A stretch of DNA of 64,000 nt from Eledone cirrhosa (GCA_964016885.1 OZ024749.1:16368001-16432000), one strand, 5' to 3'; counted from the stretch's first letter, positions 16,517-30,492 are shown. Numbers and translations are program-made. The notes: a model not told the origin generated them from the letters alone.

Positions 16517-16870
16517 CAATGATATTAAATAAATGGAAACTATATTTATAAAACCATATTTATTTTATATATATTTCAAGGGCAACCAAGACAACATTGG
16601 TACGCTTTCATCAGATAAAATGTAAAGTTTGTTTTATAAATAGAGACGTGCCCATGAAAAACATACCTTATCGGTTGGAAATTCACTGGGTAATGGAAAT
16701 ATATTAGGGATTATTCAAACTTATGTGTGAATATGCAAATGAATATGTAAATAATTAAAATATCATTTAATATCATTGAATATTTACTCCAGTAAACTGT
16801 TGAGTGCTCTAAATCAGTTATAAACATTTATGTTTGTCGGACTTCCAACAAATTAAATACAACTTCTACT
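16517..16870. mobile_element. PLE pLTR fragment with hammerhead (- strand ~16560-16623) and inverted tail
   Basis: CTGATGA-AAGCGTACCAA...TTGGTTGCCCTT-GAAA-TATATATA on - strand. Tail copy in opposite orientation at ~16763-16870. Confidence 0.75.
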
Positions 16871-16888
16871 TGTATGTATGTATGTATG

Positions 16889-17482
16889 TTCCGCCCTTTG
16901 TCAGGTTTTGTTTTTTGTCCTGCAGGGTGTCCAAAATAACCCTCCTCACCAAGTAAACATGGTGGGGTTGCCGGTTTAGTCGCCGACGACCCGACCATGC
17001 GACAGGTTGTACTGGGTTAGATGTTACCAGTAGCACTCAAAGGGCGGAAGAACTCATAAGAGTCAACGGCCATCCAAAAGTGTGTAAATATGTATATAGA
17101 CATGTAGATGTCTGTGTACACGTGTATATGCGCGGGGACATAGAAATAGTCGGGCTGGACACCCGACCGCGCAGTTAAACCACTGGGAGTGAAGGACCCC
17201 TAGCCTTTGTCAGGGCATTCTTCTAGGAGAAGGCAACTCAGGAAACTGGGATAACTCTGATATAAAACCTGCGGCTCAGTAGTTACCGATCATGTTGATC
17301 TTTTCTTCTTTTCGGGTTATAGCTACTGTTGCTCAGAGAGTGGGATTGGCTCAGTGCACAGTCTTTCGTCACTTTAAAAAAGATCTTCACGCACAGGCAT
17401 TGCACAATAGAATTAATTAATTATTATTAATAATGGTATATCGTGCAATGGCCATACTCGATAACGAGGGGGCAGCCATCAT
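16889..17482 (+). mobile_element. Non-autonomous RTE-type retroposon family B with 5' inversion
   Basis: Homologous to 47326-50610 and 54571-54886. Ends GGCAGCCATCATG(TATG)n. First ~150 bp are inverted. Confidence 0.7.
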
Positions 17483-17779
17483 GTATGTATGTATGTATGT
17501 ATGTATGTATGTATGTAGGTAGGTATGTATGTATGTATCTATGTATGTGCGTAAGTGAGAGAGGGGTTAATACGTGGTATTAACCAAACGTCTTCAAATC
17601 ACTTTAAGTTCGATAGTCAGGATAGTTATTCTCCATTATCAGAACTTGTCTATACAGGCTCTAGACTAATGTATATTTCTTTATATTATTATGTTGCAAC
17701 TTAGAGTTTCGTGGTTAATTACTGATCACGACGGACGTGGTGTTGATGGCGGTGGTAGGGATGGTGAAGGTTGTGTAGG

Positions 17780-18415
17780 CACTGGTATCTGGCTGTAGTG
17801 TTTGTGGTAGTGGTGCTAGTGGTTGTGGTGGTAGTACGGGTGGTGGTAATGGTAGTGGTAGTGGTGGTGGTACGAGTGGTGGTGATGGTGCGGTGCTAAC
17901 GCTGGTACTGGTATCTGGCTGTAGTGTTTGTTCTGATAGTGGTGTTGATGGTTGTGATGGTAGTACGGGTGGTGGTAGTGGTAGTGGTGGTGGTAACGCT
18001 GGTACTGGTATCTGGCTGCAGTGTTTGTTCTGATAGTGGTGTTGATGGTTGTGATGGTAGTACGGGTGGTGGTAGTGGTAGTGGTGGTAGTAACGCTGGT
18101 ACTGGTATCTGGCTGTAGTGTTTGTTCTGATAGTGGTGTTGATGGTTGTGATGGTAGTACGGGTGGTGGTAGTGGTAGTGGTGGTAGTAACGCTGGTACT
18201 GGTATCTGGCTGTAGTGTTTGTTCTGATAGTGGTGTTGATGGTTGTGATGGTAGTACGGGTGGTGGTAGTGGTAGTGGTGGTAGTAACGCTGGTACTGGT
18301 ATCTGGCTGTAGTGTTTGTTCTGATAGTGGTGTTGATGGTTGTGATGGTAGTACGGGTGGTGGTAGTGGTAGTGGTGGTGGTAACGCTGGTACTGGTATA
18401 TGGCTGCAGTGTTTG
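17780..18415. repeat. 97-bp tandem minisatellite, ~5 near-identical copies plus a degenerate one
   Basis: ORF-track starts recur at 17924, 18021, 18118, 18215 (97-bp period). Confidence 0.95.
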
Positions 18416-19080
18416 TGGTAGTAGTGATAGTGGTGCTAGTGGTGTAGCTCTATAGTGTTTGTGGTAGTGGTGATAGTGGTGTAGGTGATGGTCGTGATGG
18501 TGTATGACAATGGTAGTGGTAGTAGTGGTAAGGTTGTGGTTATAGTGCTGGTGCATGACAATTGTGGAGGTAGTTGTGGTGGTAGTGATAGTAGTGGTGG
18601 TAGTGGTAGTGGTGGTAGTAGTGGTAGTAGGGTTGTGGTTGTGGTGCTGGTGTATGTCAATTGTAGTGGTGGTAGTGGTAGAAGTGGTGGTAGTAGTGGT
18701 AGTGGCGGTAGTGGTAGTAGTGGTAGTGGTGGTATAGGGGTGGTAGTAGTGGTGGTTGTGGTGATATTGTACAGCAATAATAGTGGTGGTAGCGGTGGTT
18801 GTGGTGCTGGTGGTGCTATTGTACATCAGTGGTAGTAGTTGTGGTAGTGGTGGTAGTAGTGGTAGTGGTGGTATAGGGGTGGTAGTAGTGGTGGTTGTGG
18901 TGCTATTGTACATCAATGGTAGTAGTGGTGGTAGTGGTAGTGGTGGTACTATTGTACATCAGTGGTAGTGTTGATGCTGAAATGGTATAAGACATTCCAC
19001 AAGTACCGTTAACAACAAAACTATTTACCAGCAATCTCAAACACGTGCCATCAGCCTCCCCCTAATTTCCACGCCCCCTT

Positions 19081-19159
<79 letters not shown>

Positions 19160-19185
19160 TGTTGTAATAGTAGTAGTTGTTGTAA

Positions 19186-19241
<56 letters not shown>

Positions 19242-19287
19242 ACAGCAGCAGTAGTAGTAGTAGTGGTAGTAGTAGTAGTAGTAACAC

Positions 19288-19320
<33 letters not shown>

Positions 19321-22225
19321 CAGCAGCAGCAGTAGTAGTAGTAACAGTAGCAGCAGTAGTAGTAACAGCAGCAGCAGTAGTAGTAGTAACAGCAGCAGTA
19401 GTAGTAGTAGTAGTAGTAACAGCAGCAGCAGTAGTAGTAGTAGTAGCAGCAGCAGTAGTAGTAGCAATAGTAGTAACAGCAGCATTAGTAGTAGCAGTAG
19501 TAGTAACAGCAGCATTAGTAGTAGCAATAGTAGTAACAGCAGCATTAGTAGTAGCAATAGTAGTAACAGCAGCATTAGTAGTAGCAATAGTAGTAACAGC
19601 AGCATTAGTAGTAGCAATAGTAGTAACAGCAGCAGTAGTAGTAGCAATAGTAGTAACAGCAGCATTACTAGTAGCAATAGTAGTAGCAGCAGCATTAGTA
19701 GTAGCAATAGTAGTAACAGCAGCATTAGTAGTAGCAATAGTAGTAACAGCAGCATTAGTAGTAGCAATAGTAGTAACAGCAGCATTAGTAGTAGCAATAG
19801 TAGTAACAGCAGCAGTAGTAGTAGCAATAGTAGTAACAGCAGCATTAGTAGTAGCAATAGTAGTAACAGCAGCATTACTAGTAGCAATAGTAGTAACAGC
19901 AGCATTACTAGTAACAATAGTAGTAGCAGCAGCATTAGTAGTAGCAATAGTAGTAACAGCAGCATTAGTAGTAGCAATAGTAGTAACAGCAGCATTAGTA
20001 GTAGCAATAGTAGTAACAGCAGCATTAGTAGTAGCAATAGTAGTAACAGCAGCATTACTAGTAACAATAGTAGTAGCAGCAGCATTAGTAGTAGCAATAG
20101 TAGTAACAGCAGCATTACTAGTAGCAATAGTAGTAACAGCAGCATTAGTAGTAGCAATAGTAGTAACAGCAGCATTAGTAGTAGCAATAGTAGTAACAGC
20201 AGCAGCAGTAGTAGTAGTAGTAGCAGCAGCAGTAGTAGTAGCAATAGTAGTAACAGCAGCATTAGTAGTAGCAATAGTAGTAACAGCAGCATTAGTAGTA
20301 GCAATAGTAGTAACAGCAGCATTAGTAGTAGCAATAGTAGTAACAGCAGCAGTAGTAGTAGCAATAGTAGTAACAGCAGCATTAGTAGTAGCAATAGTAG
20401 TAACAGCAGCATTAGTAGTAGCAATAGTAGTAACAGCAGCATTAGTAGTAGCAATAGTAGTAACAGCAGCATTAGTAGTAGCAATAGTAGTAACAGCAGC
20501 AGTAGTAGTAGCAATAGTAGTAACAGCAGCATTAGTAGTAGCAATAGTAGTAACAGCAGCATTAGTAGTAGCAATAGTAGTAACAGCAGCATTAGTAGTA
20601 GCAATAGTAGTAACAGCAGCATTACTAGTAGCAATAGTAGTAGCAGCAGCATTAGTAGTAGCAATAGTAGTAACAGCAGCATTACTAGTAGCAATAGTAG
20701 TAACAGCAGCATTAGTAGTAGCAATAGTAGTAACAGCAGCATTAGTAGTAGCAATAGTAGTAACAGCAGCATTAGTAGTAGCAATAGTAGTAACAGCAGC
20801 ATTAGTAGTAGCAATAGTAGTAACAGCAGCAGTAGTAGTAGCAATAGTAGTAACAGCAGCATTAGTAGTAGCAATAGTAGTAACAGCAGCAGTAGTAGTA
20901 GCAATAGTAGTAGCAGCAGCATTAGTAGTAGCAATAGTAGTAACAGCAGCATTACTAGTAGCAATAGTAGTAGCAGCAGCAGTAGTAGTAGCAATAGTAG
21001 TAACAGCAGCATTACTAGTAGCAATAGTAGTAACAGCAGCAGTAGTAGTAGCAATAGTAGTAACAGCAGCATTAGTAGTAGCAATAGTAGTAACAGCAGC
21101 AGTAGTAGTAGCAATAGTAGTAACAGCAGCATTAGTAGTAGCAATAGTATTAACAGCAGCATTAGTAGTAGCAATAGTAGTAACAGCAGCAGTAGTAGTA
21201 GCAATAGTAGTAACAGCAGCATTAGTAGTAGCAATAGTAGTAACAGCAGCATTAGTAGTAGCAATAGTAGTAACAGCAGCAGTAGTAGTAGCAATAGTAG
21301 TAACAGCAGCATTAGTAGTAGCAATAGTAGTAACAGCAGCAGTAGTAGTAGCAATAGTAGTAACAGCAGCATTAGTAGTAGCAATAGTAGTAACAGCAGC
21401 ATTAGTAGTAGCAATAGTAGTAACAGCAGCAGTAGTAGTAGCAATAGTAGTAACAGCAGCATTAGTAGTAGCAATAGTAGTAACAGCAGCAGTAGTAGTA
21501 GCAATAGTAGTAACAGCAGCAGTAGTAGTAGCAATAGTAGTAACAGCAGCATTAGTAGTAGCAATAGTAGTAACAGCAGCAGTAGTAGTAGCAATAGTAG
21601 TAACAGCAGCATTAGTAGTAGCAATAGTAGTAACAGCAGCATTAGTAGTAGCAATAGTAGTAACAGCAGCAGTAGTAGTAGCAATAGTAGTAACAGCAGC
21701 ATTAGTAGTAGCAATAGTAGTAACAGCAGCAGTAGTAGTAGCAATAGTAGTAACAGCAGCATTAGTAGTAGCAATAGTAGTAACAGCAGCATTAGTAGTA
21801 GCAATAGTAGTAACAGCAGCAGTAGTAGTAGCAATAGTAGTAACAGCAGCATTAGTAGTAGCAATAGTAGTAACAACAGCAGTAGTAGTAGCAATAGTAG
21901 TAACAGCAGCAGTAGTAGTAGCAATAGTAGTAACAGCAGCAGTAGTAGTAGCAATAGTAGTAACAGCAGCAGTAGTAGTAGCAATAGTAGTAACAGCAGC
22001 AGTAGTAGTAGCAATAGTAGTAACAGCAGCATTACTAGTAGCAATAGTAGTAACAGCAGCATTAGTAGTAGCAATAGTAGTAACAGCAGCATTAGTAGTA
22101 GCAATAGTAGTAACAGCAGCAGTAGTAGTAGCAATAGTAGTAACAGCAGCATTAGTAGTAGCAATAGTAGTAACAGCAGCAGTAGTAGTAGCAATAGTAG
22201 TAACAGCAGCATTAGTAGTAGCAGC
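19081..22225. repeat. (TAG)n grading into a 30-bp minisatellite TAGTAACAGCAGCATTAGTAGTAGCAATAG (~90 copies)
   Basis: Two units per 60-base line over ~19470-22220. Confidence 0.97.
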
Positions 22226-22568
22226 AGGAGGAGTAGGAGGAGTTTAATTATAGTTATTATTATAGTGTTGTCTGTCTGTTAATAATAGTAACAACACGGT
22301 GAGTTTGTATTTAGTGTACAGACATATAGTATAGTATAGTGTATGTGTGTATATATATATACATACAGAGTCCAGAATTAGCCGTCGAAACGGCTTGAGC
22401 TCAGCCGTTGGGGTCCTACTCGTTCCTATTACCCACTCTACTACCCTAAGTATTGAGTACTTTGGTGCGTTATGGTCCATCTGGTTCCTTACCATATTTC
22501 CTTCGTTATATATATATATATATATTAATTCAAAATATTAACAAAATAGATATTCTTGTGATCAAGTA

Positions 22569-22635
22569 TATTTTATTATACATATTTCAGATGTACTGAG
22601 CTATCTTCAACAGTACGTCCTCATCAGATAAAATA
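22569..22635 (-). ncRNA. Type I hammerhead ribozyme motif
   Basis: TATTTTAT-CTGATGA-GGACGTACTG...CAGTACATCT-GAAA-TATGTA-TA|ATAAAATA, with a perfect 8-bp stem I. Confidence 0.8.
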
Positions 22636-22863
22636 AGATGATACATACCCTGACATGGTAGATGGTTAAGATTCGGTCATGGTAGTGAGTAATATATGAC
22701 AAGACTCAATATTTATATACCTTAATATTGAGAAACATGAAAAAAATATATAATACATACAATAGAGAGGGTGCGTGTGAGACAGCTTATTGTAAAACTC
22801 ATTCTTTGATTTATTCATTGAACCTTGTTTAACTTTTAAATATATATATATATATATATATAT

Positions 22864-23065
22864 GTAGAAGTTCTATTTAAATTGTTGGGATACAACAAGC
22901 AAATATTTTTATAACTGATATAAAGCACTCAACAAATTATTGGAGAAAAAATACGATATATTAACAAATGGAAACTATATTTATAAAACCATATTTATTT
23001 CATTATACATATTTCAAGGACAACAAGTTAAATTATGGTGTGCTTTCATCAGATAAAATATAATA
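22864..23065 (-). mobile_element. PLE pLTR/tail copy with hammerhead
   Basis: Same family as the 57436-60142 terminus. TTTCA...TCATCAG on + at ~23012-23052. Starts at (TA)n. Confidence 0.75.
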
Positions 23066-23595
23066 AGGGAACGGACAAACAGTGGTGCTCATCAATCGAA
23101 TGTCCGTTTCCCTGACAGGTGAACGGACATTCGATTAATATTTGGATCACCTCCTTGATTGGATTACCTCCTTCATTGTAACTTTATTATGTAAGACGCT
23201 GTCTAAAGAGAGCATGGCACTAGCTTCTACGCTGTATTGTGTAACCAATGTCGCCGTCGAAATATGTATCACAGCCTTATCAATAAAGGACTTTATCATC
23301 TAAACTTTGTATTTCCTTATTCTAAAAATACTCCGTCACTCCTGTGAGGAGAAATGCGTGTTGAGTTCTTGAATTGAATTACATCAATATTTTTACTATA
23401 TATACTGTATATATATTTATTTATTTAACATTGTTCCAGTATACTTATCTGAGAAGTTAATCTTGCGATAGACTGGCGTCCTGTTTAGGGAGAATTGTTA
23501 AACACTCAGTCATTTAGCGCCAATGAAACCAGAGATAAGCTCCAGCTTGATGAATCTTCGGCTTAGAACAGACTAACTTATATACATATACACGC

Positions 23596-23696
<101 letters not shown>

Positions 23697-23912
23697 ATAT
23701 AGTAAACTATGGAATTGTGGGTAAGGTATATACAATCTGTGCGTCGTCTTTATCTCAAACTAACTCTAAATAATAATGATAAATGTTGATAGTTTCTTGT
23801 AGGTGAATATACATAATATATAATGTATATCATCTGATATCAATGTATAGTGCAGCTCTTGTTGACACGTAACATCTGTCCAGAGAGAGCGTATGTAGGC
23901 GTGTAGATAAGA

Positions 23913-23972
<60 letters not shown>

Positions 23973-24046
23973 CACATACACACACAGACGTGTATGTATA
24001 TGTATGTACAACTAGAGAGAACGAGATGAAATTATTTAGAAAAACA

Positions 24047-24077
<31 letters not shown>

Positions 24078-25853
24078 CGATATTAACAAATGGAAACTAT
24101 ATTTATAAAATCATATTTATTTCATTATACATATTTCAAGGATACCAAGTTAAATTATGGTATGCCTTCATCAGACAAAATGCAATATATACCAGTTTTA
24201 TAAATAGACATTGACGTACCCTTTCAAAATGCGACCGTTACTTTTGGAAGACATCAGGATAGTGGTTTGTTTACTTTAGTAAATCGTAGTGTTAAGGATA
24301 AGTAAAAAAGACGGAGAGAGAGAGAGAAACGTGGAGAAAAGAAAGGGAGAGATAAATAAAGAAAAAGAGGAAAGAAAAAAGAAAAAAAGAAAACAGAGGA
24401 AAACAACAGAGAGATATCAAACCACCAGACAGAGAGAAAGAACACAAGAGAGAGAAATATAGAGATAGAGAGAGGGGAGAGAACGAAAACTTTAAGTCAT
24501 GTCATATTAAGTTTAGTTAACAATTGAGATGAAATGAATAAATAAAATTAGAAATATTAATATTCATGAATGGAATATACGTATATAATATGAGAAATTA
24601 ATCATTGTTTAATTACGATTAGATATTTAGTTTAAAAATTGAGATCAATATATTAAAAATTGGAATTTAAACATCACAAAATATATATATTGCTAGAGAA
24701 ATTACCTATCGTATAACACGTACATATAGGCAAAGATACATAAATATATATATACACACACACTCAGAAAATATACACTATATCTACTCCCGCATATAAT
24801 ATATACATACAAAGCATAAGTGATTTTTTTTATTATTGCTATACATTCCTTGTGTTATTAAATAAAAATTCTTAGTATATATATATAAATATATAGGATT
24901 AACTTTCATGCATTTATGGCTGTTAAAATCATGCATATCTGCAATCAAAACTGTATGGGTAAGCATGTACATGCACAATTCCTAGCTATACATATATAAT
25001 ATATAAATATGTGTGTGCATCTTCACCCAATTGGTAGACACGCGTCACTCATGCATATATACAGACAGACGTATAATCATAAAAAAGCATATAACACATG
25101 TATATGTATGTTAATACACATATATAGATATATAGTCGTATATAGATAAGTACATCAATATATTACATAGTACAATTGAGTATATAAAATACAAAAGGAT
25201 TATATTTTGGAAATATAATTGTATCAATATAACTTAAAAGACAAACGAATTCTACAAATATCGTATATTCCATTCATGAATATTAATATTTCTAATTTTA
25301 TTTATTCATTTCATCTCAATTGTTAACTAAACTTAATATGACATGACTTTAGGTTTTCGTTCTCTCCCCCTCTCTCTATCTCTATATTTCTCTCTCTTGA
25401 GTTCTTTCTCTCTGTCTGGTGGTTTGATATCTCTCTGTTGTTTTCCTCTGTTTTCTTTTTTTCTTTTTTCTTTCCTCTTTTTCTTTATTTATCTCTCCCT
25501 TTCTTTTCTCCACGTTTCTCTCTCTCCGTCTTTTTTACTTATCCTTAACACTACGATTTACTAAAGTAAACAAACCACTATCCTGATGTCTTCCAAAAGT
25601 AACGGTCGCATTTTGAAAGGGTACGTCAATGTCTATTTATAAAACTGGTATATATTGTATTTTGTCTGATGAACGCATACCATAATTTAACTTGGTATCC
25701 TTGAAATATGTATAATGAAATAAATATGGTTTTATAAATATAGTTTCCATTTGTTAATATCGTATATCTACTCCAAATACTTGTCGAGTGCTTTATATCA
25801 GTTATAAAAATATTTACTTGTTGTATCCCAACAATTTAAATAAAACTTTTGCA
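24078..25853. mobile_element. Non-coding PLE derivative with ~500-bp inverted arms
   Basis: Arms 24078-24581 and 25262-25762, a hammerhead in each, ~90-nt extra tail on the right. Interior resembles the 3' UTR at 57600-58450. (TA)n on both sides. Confidence 0.85.
25658..25722 (+). ncRNA. Type I hammerhead ribozyme motif
   Basis: TATTTTGT-CTGATGA-ACGCATACCA...TGGTATCCTT-GAAA-TATGTA-TA|ATGAAATA. Confidence 0.75.
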
Positions 25854-25879
25854 TATATATATATATATATATATATATA

Positions 25880-26081
25880 GGTTTTAATATAGAAGAGCTT
25901 CTACAGGACTAGAACTGTTTAATTCGTGAGAAATCATCCAGAATCTGATTCCTGATTATTTCTCACGAATGAAACAGTTCTAGTCCTGTAGAAGCTCTTC
26001 TATATTAAAACGTTTATACTCTGCTATGTATTGAGTACCTTACTTACTGTGGTTACCTCCGATTCAACCCGGAATAACTTA

Positions 26082-26082
<1 letters not shown>
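25880..26082 (+). mobile_element. Short foldback element with degenerate hammerhead and 70-nt tail
   Basis: Arms ~25880-25945 and 25947-26011. CTGATTA-TTTCTCACGAAT-GAAA. (TA)n flanks. Related fragment at 32087-32130. Confidence 0.7.
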
Positions 26083-26141
<59 letters not shown>

Positions 26142-26409
26142 CAAATTAAAAGATATGTGTTTCTCTTACGATACATAGCTTTTTCTATATATATATAAAT
26201 ATACATGGTTATTATGGCTCTGGATAAAGTCTATTGAGCTTACTTATTGAGAAACATAAAATTCTAAGCATATCTGTTATGTTTTGATTTATCATTTGTT
26301 TATATATATGTATATATATATATAAACTATAATAAAGTAAGAGACGCGGGACTGCGTACGGTTTATAATTTGTTACCCCCTTAGTAAAATAAGTTGGATT
26401 ACTTTGAAT

Positions 26410-26577
26410 AAATAATTGTTTCGACTTTAGGCACAAGGCCAGCAATTACCCAGTGCATTACTGGTACTTTATTTTATCTACCCCCGTAAGGATGAAAGGC
26501 AAAGTCAACCTCGGCGGGATTTGAACTCAGATCGTAAAGGGACGTAACTATACTGCCAATACTGCCAATCCACCACA
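26410..26577 (-). mobile_element. tRNA-derived SINE with Deu/Nin-like domain
   Basis: Reverse complement of GAGTTCAAATCCCGCCGAGGTTGACTTTGCCTTTCATCCTTACGGGG..GATAAAATAAAGTACCAG. Confidence 0.85.
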
Positions 26578-26984
26578 TTACTTTGAATAAATAAATAATG
26601 AATGAATATTACATAATTTATCTACTAAATATCGTGGCTGTTCATTAAATATATTTTATTACTTATTTAAAGATTCACTTCTTTAAAATTTTCAAATGTC
26701 AACACTTCTGGTTAGCGATCGTTTAAATAAACATATATATATTTCTGTCACTAATTTTCTCCTAATGTAGTATATATATAATATCGTCTTTTTTAAATAT
26801 ATCATGAATTACGTTACTGATTAGGTAAGACAGTTTAACGCAGTCTTCGTTCAATTTCTGTGTATATTGTCAATTACGATTTTATTTGATCATATCTACA
26901 TGCATATATACTTGCGTATAATATCAATATACACACTACACATGTGGTTTTTCTGCTAGTGTGGTTTTTCTGCTAGTGTATATA

Positions 26985-27693
26985 TATTCAATTGAAGAAA
27001 GTTGGTTGATTAAAATTCAGCCGACTTACTCTTCAACAGACGTGAAGCACTCCACGGTTTTTATTCATCCGGAGTTTTATTACAATAAATAAGAGAGACG
27101 GTTTTATTCGTACATCCCCATTTTATTCGTTATACATATTTTAAAGATGTAAGGCAGTTATATAATATCTGCCTTATATGTTCTCTTCAGACAAACATAC
27201 AAACAAGATTTAAAGTTCCATTGACATGTTACTAGACGTGTTATTCACCTCGCCGACCAGTCTGAGAGCGAGGGCGTCTTGAAGCCAATCATTAAAAAAG
27301 TACCAGCATTGTAGATACAATATATTGTAAAAGATCTTACATACATACACACACACGGCATAGTCATAGTTGTTTGGTTTATATATATATATATTTTTTT
27401 TTTTAATGTACATTTTCAAAACAAGGTGGAAAGAAACATAATAAAATAACTAACTAAATGAAATAAATGAATAGACAGATAAAAGATCAAGCAACTATAA
27501 ACAAAATCCTTCAATATTGGTCGGCGAGGTGAATAACACGTCTGACTTGTAACATATCAATGGAACTTTATATCTCGTTTGTATATTTGTCTGAAGAGAA
27601 CATATAAGGCAATTATATATAACTGCCTTACTTCTTCAAAATACGTATAACAAATATAATGGGGATGTAAGAATAAAACCGTCTCTCTTATTT

Positions 27694-27698
<5 letters not shown>
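26985..27698. mobile_element. Foldback element with a hammerhead in each arm
   Basis: Arms ~27082-27259 and 27517-27698. At 27582-27658: TATATTTGT-CTGAAGA-long stem II-(A)AAA-TACGTA-TA|ACAAATATA; GAAA is mutated. Confidence 0.75.
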
Positions 27699-27777
<79 letters not shown>

Positions 27778-27852
27778 CTATAAAGTATGTCCATAGAATC
27801 ATTTGATAATATATATTGTGTATATGTAAATCTTTATATATTATATATATAT

Positions 27853-28138
27853 ATAAAGAAAAAGAGATGAAATAGAAAATGCAACTGGAGTCTTATTTTT
27901 TTTTTAAATATATATATTTATTTGGTTCCTTTACCGGTTTCGCATGTGAGAAAAACCACAGACCCTCCATCTCAACTCACCTTTTGAAAAGCAGAAGAAC
28001 TGCGAAACCGGTAAAGGAACCAAATAAAAAATAAGGCTCCAGTTGCATTTTCGATTTCATCTCTTTTTCTTTATACTTTCACTCGTGTAGTCGTGTAGGA
28101 CACCTCGGTTATTTTTCATTTTGTAAAAAAAACCTCAC

Positions 28139-28145
<7 letters not shown>
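27853..28145. mobile_element. Short foldback element with one-sided tail
   Basis: Arms ~27853-27943 and 28001-28075 containing GCGAAACCGGTA (hammerhead 3' half). (TA)n on both sides. Confidence 0.7.
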
Positions 28146-28183
<38 letters not shown>

Positions 28184-28242
28184 CTCTTTTATGCATTGTT
28201 TTCTTTGGCTTTTTATCTACGGATATCCTGCATTCACACACA

Positions 28243-28292
<50 letters not shown>

Positions 28293-28321
28293 CGTGTGTG
28301 TGTGTGTGTGTATATATGTAC

Positions 28322-28356
<35 letters not shown>

Positions 28357-28357
28357 T

Positions 28358-28756
28358 GACCCCTTAGCCTTTGTCAAGGCAGAATTCTAGGAGAAGGAAA
28401 ACTCTGATATAACACCTGCAACCCTGATGGTATCCAACGATGTTGACTTGTTCTTCTTTTTGGTAAATATCAACTTGGTTAAGAGAGTGGGACTGGCTTT
28501 GTGCAGTGCCTTTGTTCACTATAAAAGCTTCACAGCACAGGCATTTCTTTATATCTGGAGATCTCTCTGCACTTGTCGTCACATGGTACCATGGGCCCAG
28601 TAGTATGTGTCAATAATTGTCACAAGTGTAGTGTTTATACCAGAGTTTTCAAGTCGCTGGCTGGACTAAAAAGTCACACTCGTTCAGTGCATCGGTAGGG
28701 GTTCTCCTACATGGATATAAAGTAGTGGCCGTACTCGAAAACGAGTTGGCAGCCAC
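28358..28756 (+). mobile_element. Non-autonomous RTE-type retroposon family A
   Basis: Homologous to 53531-54260 and 55525-56118. Its 3' part carries a CxxC...[14 protein letters not shown] zinc-finger relic. (TATG)n tail. Confidence 0.7.
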
Positions 28757-28766
28757 TATGTATGTA

Positions 28767-28983
28767 TATTGAAATTTCGTATTTCTAAAGAAATACGGTA
28801 TGTTTGTGGATAAACATTTAGAAAGCCGTAGCTATGCAAAACATAAATGCATTGACAATTGTCCCCCTTGCTTCTGCTGGACACCACGAGAGGGCGATAG
28901 CCCCGGTGTTTTGCATAGCTACGGCTTTCTAAATGTTTATCCACAAACATACCGAATTTCTTTAGAAATACGGAATTTCAATA
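28767..28983. repeat. Inverted repeat, 77-bp arms
   Basis: 28767-28843 versus 28907-28983. Confidence 0.85.
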
Positions 28984-29034
28984 CATATCTATATACAGCT
29001 ATGCATGAAGCTAATTCCTAATTCTATTATATAT

Positions 29035-29328
29035 AAAATAAAAAACTCTTTTTTTTTTTATTTCGCTCTACATGGCTGAATACAATAACTGTAATCTGAG
29101 TTTTTCGAATACTAATAGTAATATTCGATTCGTTGCAATTATGCAAACAAGCCTCACTTTTAAAGCCATGTCAGTAGAATGAGACCCTCATTCTTGCTCT
29201 TATGTTGGCAACACAAAAGCAAGAATGAGGGGCTCATTCTACTAACACGGCTTTAAAAATGAGGCTTGTTTGCATAATTGCAAACGAATCGAATATTATT
29301 ATTAATATTCGAAAAACTCAGATTACAG

Positions 29329-29331
<3 letters not shown>
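29035..29331. mobile_element. Hairpin element with ~118-bp arms and a left-side tail
   Basis: 29085-29203 versus 29213-29331, ending in (TA)n. Confidence 0.75.
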
Positions 29332-29393
<62 letters not shown>

Positions 29394-29394
<1 letters not shown>

Positions 29395-30276
29395 GAGGTG
29401 TGACAGAAAAGTTCCAGGACTGATGTCACAAAAGATTTATTTCAAACCCAAACTTCACACTAAGAGTTTTCTCCTTCAAAGTAATCCCCCTGGAGTATGT
29501 AACTGTAATCTTAGCTCTCTGCAGCGATCAAACTTTTTTCTTCATAATTTTATATACATGTCCTCTGTTTCAGGTCGTCAAGCAATGAGCACAGAGCAAC
29601 GAACAAACTTGAAAACTCCGTCATAAGCACTGGGATTGCTGCAGCAAGTGTATGGAGATGAGACGATGTCACGCTCACGTGTTTTTGAGTGGTGCAAGAC
29701 GTTTAAAGAAGAACGCGAGGACGTGGAAAATGACCCCGGGAGCAGAAGGCCCTCAACAACCAGGACTGAGGTCAACGTTGTGCGCGTCAGGCAGATGGTG
29801 CGTAACGATCGTCGGCTGACTGTTCGACTGATGGCAAATGAGCTGGGCATGAATCGGGACAGCGTCTGGAAGATTTGGACATGCGGAAAGTCTGCACGAA
29901 GATGGTGCCAAAACTGCTGAACGATGACCAGAAGGGTCGACGCATGCAAGTGTGCCAGGACATCCTCGAGTCTCTTGAAACCGAACCAGACTTGCTAGGG
30001 ACAGTCATCACCGGTGATGAGTCATGGATCTTCGAGTACGACCCGGAGGGGACCCGTTTCGAAGACGTGGACGATATCAAAAAGGCCGTGACAACGGAAC
30101 TGCGGAGGATCCCGGAAGAATCCTTCTAGAAGTGCATGCAAGCGTGGCAGAAAAGGATGGAAAAGTACATTAGACTCCAGGGGGATTACTTTGAAAGAGA
30201 AAACTCCTAGTGTAAAGTTTGGGTTTGAAATAAATCTTTTGTGACATCAGTCCTGGAACTTTTCTGACACACCTCG
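29394..30276 (+). mobile_element. Internally deleted mariner transposon
   Basis: ~68-bp TIRs starting CGAGGTGTG, TA target. Relic transposase: HTH (VYGDETMSRSRVFEWCKTFKE), KMVPKLL, TGDESWIFEYDPE, fused directly to the C-terminus. Confidence 0.95.
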
Positions 30277-30307
<31 letters not shown>

Positions 30308-30492
30308 TATATATATATATATATATGCTATATATATATGTATATATATATATATGCTATATATATATGTATATATATATATATGCTATATATATATGTA
30401 TATATATATATATATGCTATATATATATATATATATATATGCTATATATATATATGCTATATATATATGTATATATATATATATGCTATATA

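Noticed and set aside
19051-22247. 1053-aa poly-Leu and 994-aa VVTAAL ORFs
   Set aside because: Stop-free by repeat composition; no independent coding evidence.
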